Positions 10,520 to 18,004 of a stretch of DNA of 40,617 nucleotides are shown here, piece after piece (within the stretch, counting starts at the first letter, position 1; each line of letters begins with the position of its first letter). The position numbers and the translations under genes are program-made. This DNA is from Candidatus Brennerbacteria bacterium (lineage in GTDB: Bacteria; Patescibacteriota; Minisyncoccia; UBA6257; JACPKE01). The stretch lies in the NCBI GenBank assembly GCA_016187205.1, contig JACPKE010000023.1, positions 1 through 40,617 of the forward strand, read 5' to 3'. The notes under the pieces are model-generated. The model made no database searches and had not been told where the DNA came from. It saw only the letters and a program-made list of their open reading frames with translations.

Positions 10520-11123
10520 AAGACTAAAAACTTTTTTAACACTAAAAGAATGGAAGCGGGAAGGCGTTTTGGGGGGCGGCACCGCTATCGCGCTGCAGCT
10601 TAAACATCGTTATTCTTATGATTTTGACATTTTTTTTAAAAAACCGATTGTTAAAAAATATTTTAATAAAGCCAAAACGATTTTTAACATTAAAAAGAAA
10701 TTAGTTGATACAATCGACCAACTTACTTTTTTAACAAAAGACGAAGTAAAAATAACTTTTTTATACTATAATTTTCTCCCGTTACATCCAAAAATTAAAA
10801 CAAATTCTTTGCCGCTTTTTAATTTAAAAGACTTAGCTTCCGATAAAGCGGCGACTATCGGCCGCCGCGGAATGTGGCGTGATTATTTTGACCTTTTTAT
10901 TTTATTAAAAAGCGGCGCAGTTAGTTTTGAAACCTTGTTGGGAGAAACCGCGAAAAGATTCGGCGTTGATTTTTCCGAAAAACTCTTTCTGGAACAACTT
11001 GTTTATTATGGCGATATTGCAAATTTTAATATTGATTTTATTTCCAAAGAATATAAACCGGACGAAATTCAAAGATTTTTTAAGAAAATCACGAGTAATT
11101 ATATAAAAAGTAAAATTTTTTAA
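10485..11123 (+). CDS. AbiEii/AbiGii-family nucleotidyltransferase toxin
   Basis: LGGGTAIAL..HRYSYDFDIF, K..TI..RG..RDYFD. Confidence 0.88.
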   Translation: MIQPRLEILGPERLKTFLTLKEWKREGVLGGGTAIALQLKHRYSYDFDIFFKKPIVKKYFNKAKTIFNIKKKLVDTIDQLTFLTKDEVKITFLYYNFLPLHPKIKTNSLPLFNLKDLASDKAATIGRRGMWRDYFDLFILLKSGAVSFETLLGETAKRFGVDFSEKLFLEQLVYYGDIANFNIDFISKEYKPDEIQRFFKKITSNYIKSKIF

Positions 11124-11178
11124 AAAAAAATAGGCGCATTGGATTCAATGCGCCTCTGTTGAGAAATCTTCCGCTTTT

Positions 11179-11727
11179 TTAAAGTATCTCATCAACTAAA
11201 CCAAGCCGCAGGGCTTCATCGGCAGCAAGATTTCTTTTCTCTTCGCATAGTCTGTTAACTTCTTCAATTTTCATCCCTGAACGTCCAGCTATTATACTCT
11301 CATAATCTTCCTGCGATTTTTGATTTTCCGCTATTCTTTTTTTTGACTCTTCTTCAAATTTTTTCCAATCCATTCCCAAAGTTATCTCAAAATTATGGAA
11401 AAACATTGTGCTATGACGCATCATTTTTCTTCTATGGCATGCCTGCAAAACAAGGATAGCCATAGAATTAGCTTCTTTAAAAACAGTGCCTGTTATCAAC
11501 GATTCTGAATACTTGATAATATCATATAAGTCAAACCCGGCCCCCACATTACCGCCTTTACTGTTGATATATAAAAATATTTCCTGGTTTGGATATTTGG
11601 CATTAAGCCATAAAACCATTTTAGCGATCTTGTCAGCTTGCTGGTCATCAATTCTGCCTTCTAAATAAATTTTTCGCTGTTCCAACAAAACCAACGAAAA
11701 GACTTTTTCTAAATCTTCATCAATCAT
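11179..11727 (-). CDS. clpP: ClpP-family protease subunit (divergent)
   Basis: LYINSKGG, ANSMA (Ser), MFFH (His), A.EA..LGLVD; SD GGAGG. Confidence 0.85.
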   Translation of the reverse strand: MIDEDLEKVFSLVLLEQRKIYLEGRIDDQQADKIAKMVLWLNAKYPNQEIFLYINSKGGNVGAGFDLYDIIKYSESLITGTVFKEANSMAILVLQACHRRKMMRHSTMFFHNFEITLGMDWKKFEEESKKRIAENQKSQEDYESIIAGRSGMKIEEVNRLCEEKRNLAADEALRLGLVDEIL

Positions 11728-11819
11728 TGATTCTTCCTCCTTCCATATGTTATTTTTAAATAAACTTAATAAACTAAGTTTTCTTTAACAGAGAATAGCA
11801 TTTTAAATGCTTTTCGTCA

Positions 11820-11944
11820 ATCCCTCACCTTTCATCCCTCACTTTTGGAAAAAGTGAGGGATTCAAAGATTAAAATGAATAATCAAGCCATAAGCAGTGC
11901 GATATTCGTGCCGTAAAACGGCTAATCTTGGAAAGGTGAAGGAT
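11820..11944. mobile_element. MITE with 22-bp TIRs and 2-bp TSD (CA), containing a nested 29-bp relative (11834-11862, TSD TC)
   Basis: ATCCCTCACCTTTC[nested]AAAGATTA ... TAATCTTGGAAAGGTGAAGGAT. Confidence 0.75.
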
Positions 11945-11980
11945 CAAGGTCGCTCATAAAATTTAATAAAATAGAAAAAT

Positions 11981-12241
11981 ATGTCTCAAGAAATACCAAA
12001 ACCATTAAATGAAGCGGAAATGGAAAAAAAGAAAATAGAAGAAGAGAAAAGAATTATCAAAGAAGCAGAAAATAGGGAAGGAATTAAAGATGAAGAAGAA
12101 GGAACAGAAAGCGAACTTAATAAAATTATAGAAGAAGAAAGAAAAGGAACTCAAAAAGAAATCACTGTAGACGAACGCACCGGCGAAATGCTAACACCGC
12201 AAGATATCAAAGAAAGAAGAGAAAAAGGATTTGAAAGATAA
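11981..12241 (+). CDS. Small Glu/Lys-rich hypothetical protein, 86 aa
   Basis: Open ORF, highly charged. Confidence 0.7.
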   Translation: MSQEIPKPLNEAEMEKKKIEEEKRIIKEAENREGIKDEEEGTESELNKIIEEERKGTQKEITVDERTGEMLTPQDIKERREKGFER

Positions 12242-12248
12242 ATAGTGA

Positions 12249-12365
12249 AGAGTCCCACCTTTACAGGCGGGACTTCTTATAATTCAAGCTTCGCTTGTCC
12301 AGCACTATGACGCGTCATAGTGCTGGACCTTGCTCTCACCCCCGCCATTACAGACGGGGAACTCC
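12249..12365. repeat. Cluster of REP-like palindromes
   Basis: AGTCCCACCT..AGGCGGGACT; GTCCAGCACTATGACGCGTCATAGTGCTGGAC; CCCCGCC..GACGGGG. Confidence 0.7.
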
Positions 12366-12453
12366 CACGAAGTTAGAAACCGTTTTTACAAATAATTTCT
12401 GAAAAAAAGGTTTCTTCATTGATTTTTTAAGTAACTGATGTAAAATATATTAT

Positions 12454-12681
12454 ATGAACACCACAACAACAAAATCATATGTTGCGTCAACACGCCAATA
12501 TGCTCTTACCGAAGCCCAAGAAGCAGTCATTAAATTAATTACTCTAAAACCATTACTTTCTTCACGAGATGAGGAAACGCTTTCGCTTTTAATCAATAAA
12601 GAACTTATGCAACGGCTCAAAAAAAGCCTAAAAGAAGCAGAAAAAGGGAAAGTAGAACCGCTTAAAAATATCCTTAAATAA
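12454..12681 (+). CDS. Putative antitoxin of a RelE pair
   Basis: ETLSLL...L..SLKEAEKGK C-terminus typical of type II antitoxins; directly upstream of RelE. Confidence 0.7.
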   Translation: MNTTTTKSYVASTRQYALTEAQEAVIKLITLKPLLSSRDEETLSLLINKELMQRLKKSLKEAEKGKVEPLKNILK

Positions 12682-12686
12682 AAAAG

Positions 12687-12971
12687 ATGTATCGGCGCGT
12701 TATTACTCCTTCGGCAAAGCGCTCGCTTAAAAAACTGCCGTTCTCCGTCCGAAAAACTCTGGTTGATTCAACAAAAATACTTGAGTCCGATCCTTATGCC
12801 GGAGAAAAACTCTCGGGTTCTTTACGTTTTCTTTATTCGTTTCACTTTAAGGTTTCCAATATTCAATATCGGGTTGCGTACACAATAAATCAAAATGATA
12901 AGCTAATTATTATGCATTTCGCTCATACCCGCGAAAATTTCTACGAAAAACTTCATCATCTTTTTAAATAA
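12687..12971 (+). CDS. RelE/ParE-family toxin
   Basis: AKRSLKKL, DPYAGEKLSG.L, YRVAY, HTRENFY. Confidence 0.88.
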   Translation: MYRRVITPSAKRSLKKLPFSVRKTLVDSTKILESDPYAGEKLSGSLRFLYSFHFKVSNIQYRVAYTINQNDKLIIMHFAHTRENFYEKLHHLFK

Positions 12972-12986
12972 ACTCCGTCAAAAATA

Positions 12987-13010
12987 AAAAGCTTGATAAA
13001 TCAAGCTTTT
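12987..13010. terminator. Bidirectional terminator
   Basis: AAAAGCTTGAT-aa-ATCAAGCTTTT. Confidence 0.7.
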
Positions 13011-13126
13011 TGGATCTCGCGGTCTCGCCGCTCTTTATATTCAACTTGCCATCAAGTTGAAATTTCCGAGCAATCCCCGCTCACGTCGGACCCTTCCGCC
13101 GACGTCTCCGCCCATGTACGGAGAAA

Positions 13127-13309
13127 TTATTTTACATGGCTATTATCAAGAACTGCCTCAATACTTACGCTAACATGATCATAACACCTTAAATGTGTAG
13201 TGAACCGTTCAAGCGCTTCAGCAAGATCAGATCCTTCATAATAAACATTCTGTCCAGGTTGGTATTCAGATCGTGGAAAAGTATGTATGACCAATGTTCT
13301 ATATATCAT
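13127..13309 (-). CDS. Small hypothetical protein, 60 aa
   Basis: AAGGAGGTGA SD, with ATG 13309 eight nt after GGAGG. Confidence 0.65.
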   Translation of the reverse strand: MIYRTLVIHTFPRSEYQPGQNVYYEGSDLAEALERFTTHLRCYDHVSVSIEAVLDNSHVK

Positions 13310-13397
13310 TACATTCACCTCCTTTCATTCGGTTAAATGGCTCGACCGCGGTTAATAATCTGAATATTTCCTCGCCGTCGTCGCGAGAAAAAACTCT

Positions 13398-13571
13398 TCA
13401 CAGAACTGTTATCTTATGGCATTTCGGACAAGTTATCCTGATCCGCCCATCGAATAAACTGGGCTGATGTTTATCAGGATTAATCACGCCCTTCCATAAA
13501 GATTTGCAGTATGGGCAATTCGTTGGAATTAGAGCTAACCTTTTAATAACTTGTAGTTTTTGTTTTAACAT
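13398..13571 (-). CDS. Small zinc-ribbon protein, 57 aa (not in ORF track)
   Basis: AAGGAGG SD; CPYC and CPKC pairs. Confidence 0.7.
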   Translation of the reverse strand: MLKQKLQVIKRLALIPTNCPYCKSLWKGVINPDKHQPSLFDGRIRITCPKCHKITVL

Positions 13572-13784
13572 TTATCCCTCCTTTCTTGAAAAAATGTCTA
13601 TATAATGTTCGCTATACTCTAAAACGCCATTTGTTCGCGAATGTAAATTACCATCGCAAACCTCGCAGGCGAACCATACCTTTTCACACTTATCACAAAT
13701 AAATTCTTCGGGTTCGCCAAATCCGCCAGATAAACGAAGCAATGCGCCGCCGCAATTACATTTCATATACTTTCTCCCTATCAT
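13572..13784 (-). CDS. Small Cys-rich zinc-binding protein
   Basis: CNC, CDKC, CEVC; probably starts at the second Met (MKCNC) after GGGAG. Confidence 0.7.
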   Translation of the reverse strand: MIGRKYMKCNCGGALLRLSGGFGEPEEFICDKCEKVWFACEVCDGNLHSRTNGVLEYSEHYIDIFSRKEG

Positions 13785-13798
13785 TTAATTGTTTTTAC

Positions 13799-14240
13799 AA
13801 AGAACTTTTAGGAAGCTAAATTTATTTAAAAATTCTCTCCCTTTCAGAAACTTTCAATTATTTGAAAATCTCTGAAAGAAAGGTGATTGATTTTTATCAC
13901 CTTAAAAATAAATGCAGCCAGTGAATCGCAAGATAAAAACTCTTATCTCAGACGCCGAGCATCACTGTATTGTTTTGGTTAAGACTAAGAAAGGTGAAGA
14001 GCGCCTTTCTTATAACAATTCTCCCAAAACTAGAGTCACCATTCATCACAAAATTGGAATAGAGCTCTCCTTATTCCAAAACTTGTGAGTGGCTCTGACA
14101 TGGCGTCGCTGCATTTTCTTATAAAAGAACTCGCGGGAAATTTTAGAAAACTTATTTCTAATTATTTCCCTTCCAAAGATCGCTTTATCTTTTTCTCAAG
14201 CGATCTTTGGAAGAGAGGCAAGCGATGTTTTGCTTGCCTG
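13799..14240 (-). ncRNA. Unidentified highly structured RNA of about 450 nt
   Basis: At least 12 stems, a closed multibranch domain and a potential pseudoknot; no credible ORF. Confidence 0.6.
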
Positions 14241-14271
14241 ACTACATCTTTCACCTCCTTTTATTATTGCT

Positions 14272-14556
14272 TCATTTTTTTTCTTCAAAAATCCGACAAA
14301 ATTCTTCACCTGCCTTTATTAACTCTTCAACTTCTTCCTCCCTGGTATTACAACCCAAAGAGGGATTCCCTAGCTGATCATTAAGTTGAGAAAAAATCAC
14401 ATGAGTAATAGGAATAAAATCATATCGCCGATTTTCTATTATTATTCTGTTTTCTTTCTTCAGCTCTTTTAACTTAGTTAAAAGAGCTTTTGTAAAAGAT
14501 AAAGAAAATCCATTAACAACATCCTGTTTTAACACTAACTGTTGCTTTTGTTTCAT
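14272..14556 (-). CDS. Hypothetical protein, 94 aa
   Basis: TAAGGAGG SD; first gene after a consensus promoter. Confidence 0.75.
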   Translation of the reverse strand: MKQKQQLVLKQDVVNGFSLSFTKALLTKLKELKKENRIIIENRRYDFIPITHVIFSQLNDQLGNPSLGCNTREEEVEELIKAGEEFCRIFEEKK

Positions 14557-14599
14557 TTTATCCCTCCTTATATTATTAATAATTTAAGTTTCTGCTGTC

Positions 14600-14627
14600 A
14601 TTATACTCCTTTACAGAATTTTGTCAA
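14600..14627 (-). promoter_or_regulatory. Consensus sigma70 promoter
   Basis: TTGACA-16 nt-TATAAT. Confidence 0.75.
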
Positions 14628-14741
14628 GGGGGTATAACATATTAAATCTAAAAAGCTGATTTTACCGCATTATATATAGATAAATTAGTATAATTTGAGT
14701 TGTTAATTTAAAATAACATAAAAAATGTTGATTTAAAAAAT

Positions 14742-14804
14742 GAGGGCTGTCAAATGACAGCCCTCTTGGGGTTTCCCGAAAAAAATACTGCTTTTTTCGG
14801 GAAA
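14742..14804 (-). terminator. Tandem hairpins ending the mini-ORF transcript
   Basis: GAGGGCTGTCA-aa-TGACAGCCCTC and TTTCCCGAAAAAA..TTTTTTCGGGAAA. Confidence 0.55.
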
Positions 14805-14970
14805 TTACACAATTATACTTTGCTTTCAATCAATTTCTAAAAATCACCACCCATTCATATTTCCTCCTTTCTTTTTATGCGTTTATGGGGAAATTATCAT
14901 ACTTCTTTCAATCAATTTTTTACAAATCACCACCCATTCATATTTCCTCCTTTCTTTTTATGCGTTTATG
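14805..14970 (-). repeat. Tandem repeat, period 83 bp, with a 47-bp identical core containing SD and mini-ORF
   Basis: 14841-14887 is identical to 14924-14970. Confidence 0.9.
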
Positions 14971-15104
14971 CAGATGACGCCACTTTTTGCCAGTAACCCA
15001 ACGATTCAGTATAAATATCGTTGGGCGCCGCTAAAGTGAATTACCATCCGCCCATCGCATCCTCCCTAAAAAGTTAATAAATTTTCAATCCCAAAACTTG
15101 TTAT

Positions 15105-15132
15105 ATTATAGCAATATATAAAAATAAGTCAA
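15105..15132 (-). promoter_or_regulatory. Sigma70 promoter with extended -10
   Basis: TTGACT-16 nt (ending TGC)-TATAAT. Confidence 0.7.
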
Positions 15133-15133
15133 G

Positions 15134-15745
15134 CTATTTTTCTTTCTTATATTTTTCTGCCGCTTCCCAGGCCAAATCAAATATTATGTTTGTCATCCTG
15201 GCAATACCTTCGTCTTCTATTAAAACTCCGGACGGTTCGTTTAAAAAAGAAACAAACCATACTTTATTGCCGTAAATACTCATATCTCCTTTAAATCCTA
15301 AAGCCACAAATCCTTTTATTTCCGAACATTCTGTTTTTAAAAAATCGTTCATCATTGTCCGCAACCCTTCTTTTCCTTGTAAAAATCTGACTTTTAATTT
15401 CGGCCCGGCTATTTTAAACAAACTTTCAAGTTCAGGCGTAATTTTTTTTAAAACTTCAGATTTTTCATCCAGGTCTTTTTCCAATTCCTTTTTTCGCGCA
15501 TTAAAAAACCTGACGATATTTACCGGATTTTCAGCCGCAAAAAATGTTTTTTTGCCTTTTTCCACGCTGCTTATCAAGCCATGCTTCATCAAAGACTCAA
15601 TTATAATATACACGGTTACCCGCTTTACTCCTGATTTTTCTGCCAACTGTTGAATCGTCGCTTCTCCCAAATCTAAAGCCGCTAAATAAACTTGAGATTC
15701 TTTTTCCGAAAATCCAATTTTTTCTAAATCTTGATGGTTAATCAT
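15134..15745 (-). CDS. TrmB-family HTH transcriptional regulator
   Basis: IGFSEKESQVYLA.L.LG...LA..SGVKR.TVY..L...GL; C-terminal IYGNKV. Confidence 0.88.
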   Translation of the reverse strand: MINHQDLEKIGFSEKESQVYLAALDLGEATIQQLAEKSGVKRVTVYIIIESLMKHGLISSVEKGKKTFFAAENPVNIVRFFNARKKELEKDLDEKSEVLKKITPELESLFKIAGPKLKVRFLQGKEGLRTMMNDFLKTECSEIKGFVALGFKGDMSIYGNKVWFVSFLNEPSGVLIEDEGIARMTNIIFDLAWEAAEKYKKEK

Positions 15746-15764
15746 AAAAAGTTAACAAAAAATT

Positions 15765-16463
15765 TTATTTAATTAGTTTTTTGGCAATCAAAGTTATTTC
15801 TTTCCTAAAAAAAGATTTAATCTTTTTCCAATCAGCGTCAAAATATATTTCCGGCTCCGGATCGCTTTCCGCGTCTTCAAAATACACCAAAGATTTTAAT
15901 ATATGGTGATAATTATGAGCTATTGCCGGATATTGCGCTTTGAGCCGTTTAATAATATTTTCCAGGGATTCAATATTATTCGCGCACCAATAAAGGTCAA
16001 AAAAATCCCTTTTCCGGCCGCGTTGAGAAATCGCTGTAATTTTCATTACGCCGATATCAATCGGGTTAAGCACGCGAATTGTTCCATAAATCGCCGGTTT
16101 TTGTTTAGGAATAAAAAACGGGTAAGCGATAAAACTGGCTTTGGCTCCGAAAAATTCGCCATAAATTGTATTTTTTCTGCTAAATGTCTCCTTCCAATTA
16201 GGATTATTAGAATAACGCTCCAACAGTTCTTTTGTATTAAAATTTTTAAGCTCGGTAAAAAAATCTAAATCAACCGACCGCCGATGCCCAACCCGCAAGG
16301 CTAAAGCAGTTCCACCGGCCAAATACCATTTTGATTTACCAAGCCATGTTTCAGAAGATAAAAAATCAAGCGCTTTTTTTGTTTTGCGCGGCAAGATATC
16401 ATAATGCCAGATTATTTTTTCGCCATTAATGTCCATAATGATTTTGTTTCCGGCCTTAAACAT
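15765..16463 (-). CDS. AbiEii/AbiGii-family nucleotidyltransferase toxin
   Basis: YLAGGTALAL..GHRRSVDLDFF, MK..AISQRG.KRDFFD. Confidence 0.9.
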   Translation of the reverse strand: MFKAGNKIIMDINGEKIIWHYDILPRKTKKALDFLSSETWLGKSKWYLAGGTALALRVGHRRSVDLDFFTELKNFNTKELLERYSNNPNWKETFSRKNTIYGEFFGAKASFIAYPFFIPKQKPAIYGTIRVLNPIDIGVMKITAISQRGRKRDFFDLYWCANNIESLENIIKRLKAQYPAIAHNYHHILKSLVYFEDAESDPEPEIYFDADWKKIKSFFRKEITLIAKKLIK

Positions 16464-16636
16464 CTTGATTTAGAAATTACTTTCCTTAATAATCTATTGC
16501 TGTAAAAATTTAAAACCCAGCGCGCTTCTTTATCGTTACCGAAATCAGCCACCCGCTCAATGATATATTGAGCGTTTTTTTTAGGGTCTATTTTGTTTGG
16601 ATTTGTATCCCAAAATAACGCTTGTCTAAACTTCAT
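16412..16636 (-). CDS. DUF6922-like putative antitoxin
   Basis: LFWD......D....YIIERV..FG; upstream of AbiEii. Confidence 0.75.
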   Translation of the reverse strand: MKFRQALFWDTNPNKIDPKKNAQYIIERVADFGNDKEARWVLNFYSNRLLRKVISKSRCLRPETKSLWTLMAKK

Positions 16637-16648
16637 CCCTTTATTATA

Positions 16649-18004
16649 TCACATTTCCGGCCGTTCTTCAAGCACGGTTTTTAAATTCAAAACCTTGTCG
16701 CCGCGCTGGATTTTTAAATTCAAAACATCGCCAACGCTGTATTTTTGTACGAACGAAGCAAGGGTATGATCCTGGTCAATTTGCTGGCCGTTAACTTCCA
16801 AAATAATATCCTCGGCCTGGATTCCGGCTTTAGCTGCCGGAGAATTCGGTAAAACTCCAGGCCCCTGGTCATTGCCGCGGACAAGCGCGCCATACTTAAC
16901 CGGCAATTTCTGTTTTTCGGAAACTTCCGGCGAAAGATGAATATAACGCACGCCTAAATAAGCGGAAATAATTCGGCCGCTTTTTTGAACGGAATTAATG
17001 GCTCTTTTTGCCTGATTGATTGGAATGGCAAAACCGATATTCTCGGCTCCGGATGCAATCGCGGTATTTATGCCTATCACTTCCCCGCGCAAATTAAGAA
17101 TCGGACCTCCGGAATTGCCCGGATTTATGGCCGCGTCTGTCTGAATTACCCCTTCAATTGTTTCAGACATTCCGCCGCCGGAAGCGGTTACTGTGCGTGC
17201 CAAACCGGAAATCACTCCCACTGAAACAGTATTACGGAATTCTCCCAATGCATTACCTATAGCAATGGCGGTTTGCCCAAGCTTAATCGTATCGGAATTT
17301 CCCAAAGCGACAACCGGCAAATTGCTGGTTTTGATTTTTAAAACAGCTAAATCAAGAGACGGATCCCGCGCTAAAACTTTCGCGTCATATTTCTTGCCGT
17401 CATTGGTTAAAACAGTATATTCAGCCGCTTCATCAGCCACTACATGTTTATTAGTTACAATTAAACCGTCCGCTGAAACTATAAAACCGCTGCCGCCGCC
17501 GACTTCCTGATGTTTTGTTTTTCCTTTAGAGCAAGGCTGATTAAATTGCTGAAAAGGCCCAAAATCAAAAAACTGGTTAAATTCCGGCGGCAAATCGCCG
17601 AAAGGATTAAAAGGGCACTGCTCTATAACCGGCAAATCCTTGGAAATTATAATAGAAACAACCGCCGGCGACGCCTTTTCAACGGCTCCGATAACCGCCT
17701 GCTCATAATCAAGCGCGGGTTTGTAAAGAGACGTCGGTTCTTCCAGTTTTACTTCATTATTCTGACCAAAATCTTCATTTAATTTTCCGGAACCAAACTT
17801 CGGAAGAAAACGATTTAAAAAATCCTGAAATAAATTAGCTTGTCCCGCTAACAGCGGGGCCTGCCTAGCGGTAGGCATAGCCTGATTTTCATTTTTAAAA
17901 TAATTTTGCGCTAATGATGGCAGATGAAAACCGGAAATTCTGGCAACTACAAAAATAGATGCCAACGCGATTATTATTAAAAAAACAATTATTTTTTTAT
18001 CCAT
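16649..18004 (-). CDS. htrA: Membrane-anchored HtrA/DegP serine protease
   Basis: N-terminal TM helix, TNKHV, QTDAAINPGNSGGP, PDZ. Confidence 0.93.
   Translation of the reverse strand: MDKKIIVFLIIIALASIFVVARISGFHLPSLAQNYFKNENQAMPTARQAPLLAGQANLFQDFLNRFLPKFGSGKLNEDFGQNNEVKLEEPTSLYKPALDYEQAVIGAVEKASPAVVSIIISKDLPVIEQCPFNPFGDLPPEFNQFFDFGPFQQFNQPCSKGKTKHQEVGGGSGFIVSADGLIVTNKHVVADEAAEYTVLTNDGKKYDAKVLARDPSLDLAVLKIKTSNLPVVALGNSDTIKLGQTAIAIGNALGEFRNTVSVGVISGLARTVTASGGGMSETIEGVIQTDAAINPGNSGGPILNLRGEVIGINTAIASGAENIGFAIPINQAKRAINSVQKSGRIISAYLGVRYIHLSPEVSEKQKLPVKYGALVRGNDQGPGVLPNSPAAKAGIQAEDIILEVNGQQIDQDHTLASFVQKYSVGDVLNLKIQRGDKVLNLKTVLEERPEM

Noticed and set aside
13799..14240. RNase P RNA, tmRNA, or group I/II intron
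   Set aside because: I could not find GAGGAAAGTCC, tRNA-like ends with a tag ORF, or intron core motifs; left unassigned.
14085..14384. 99-aa plus-strand ORF
   Set aside because: Antisense to an SD-led gene and the structured RNA; no SD; composition not protein-like.
14805..14941. TGA recoding (genetic code 25 or selenocysteine) extending the mini-ORFs
   Set aside because: TGA ends ordinary genes here (ileS, htrA at 16649, the ABC exporter) and no conserved gene shows internal TGA.
14805..14970. CRISPR array
   Set aside because: Only two units, the intervening sequences are similar to each other, and there are no cas genes in the window.
12990..15130. Prophage or integrative element
   Set aside because: No integrase, structural or replication genes and no att pair seen; a remnant cannot be excluded.
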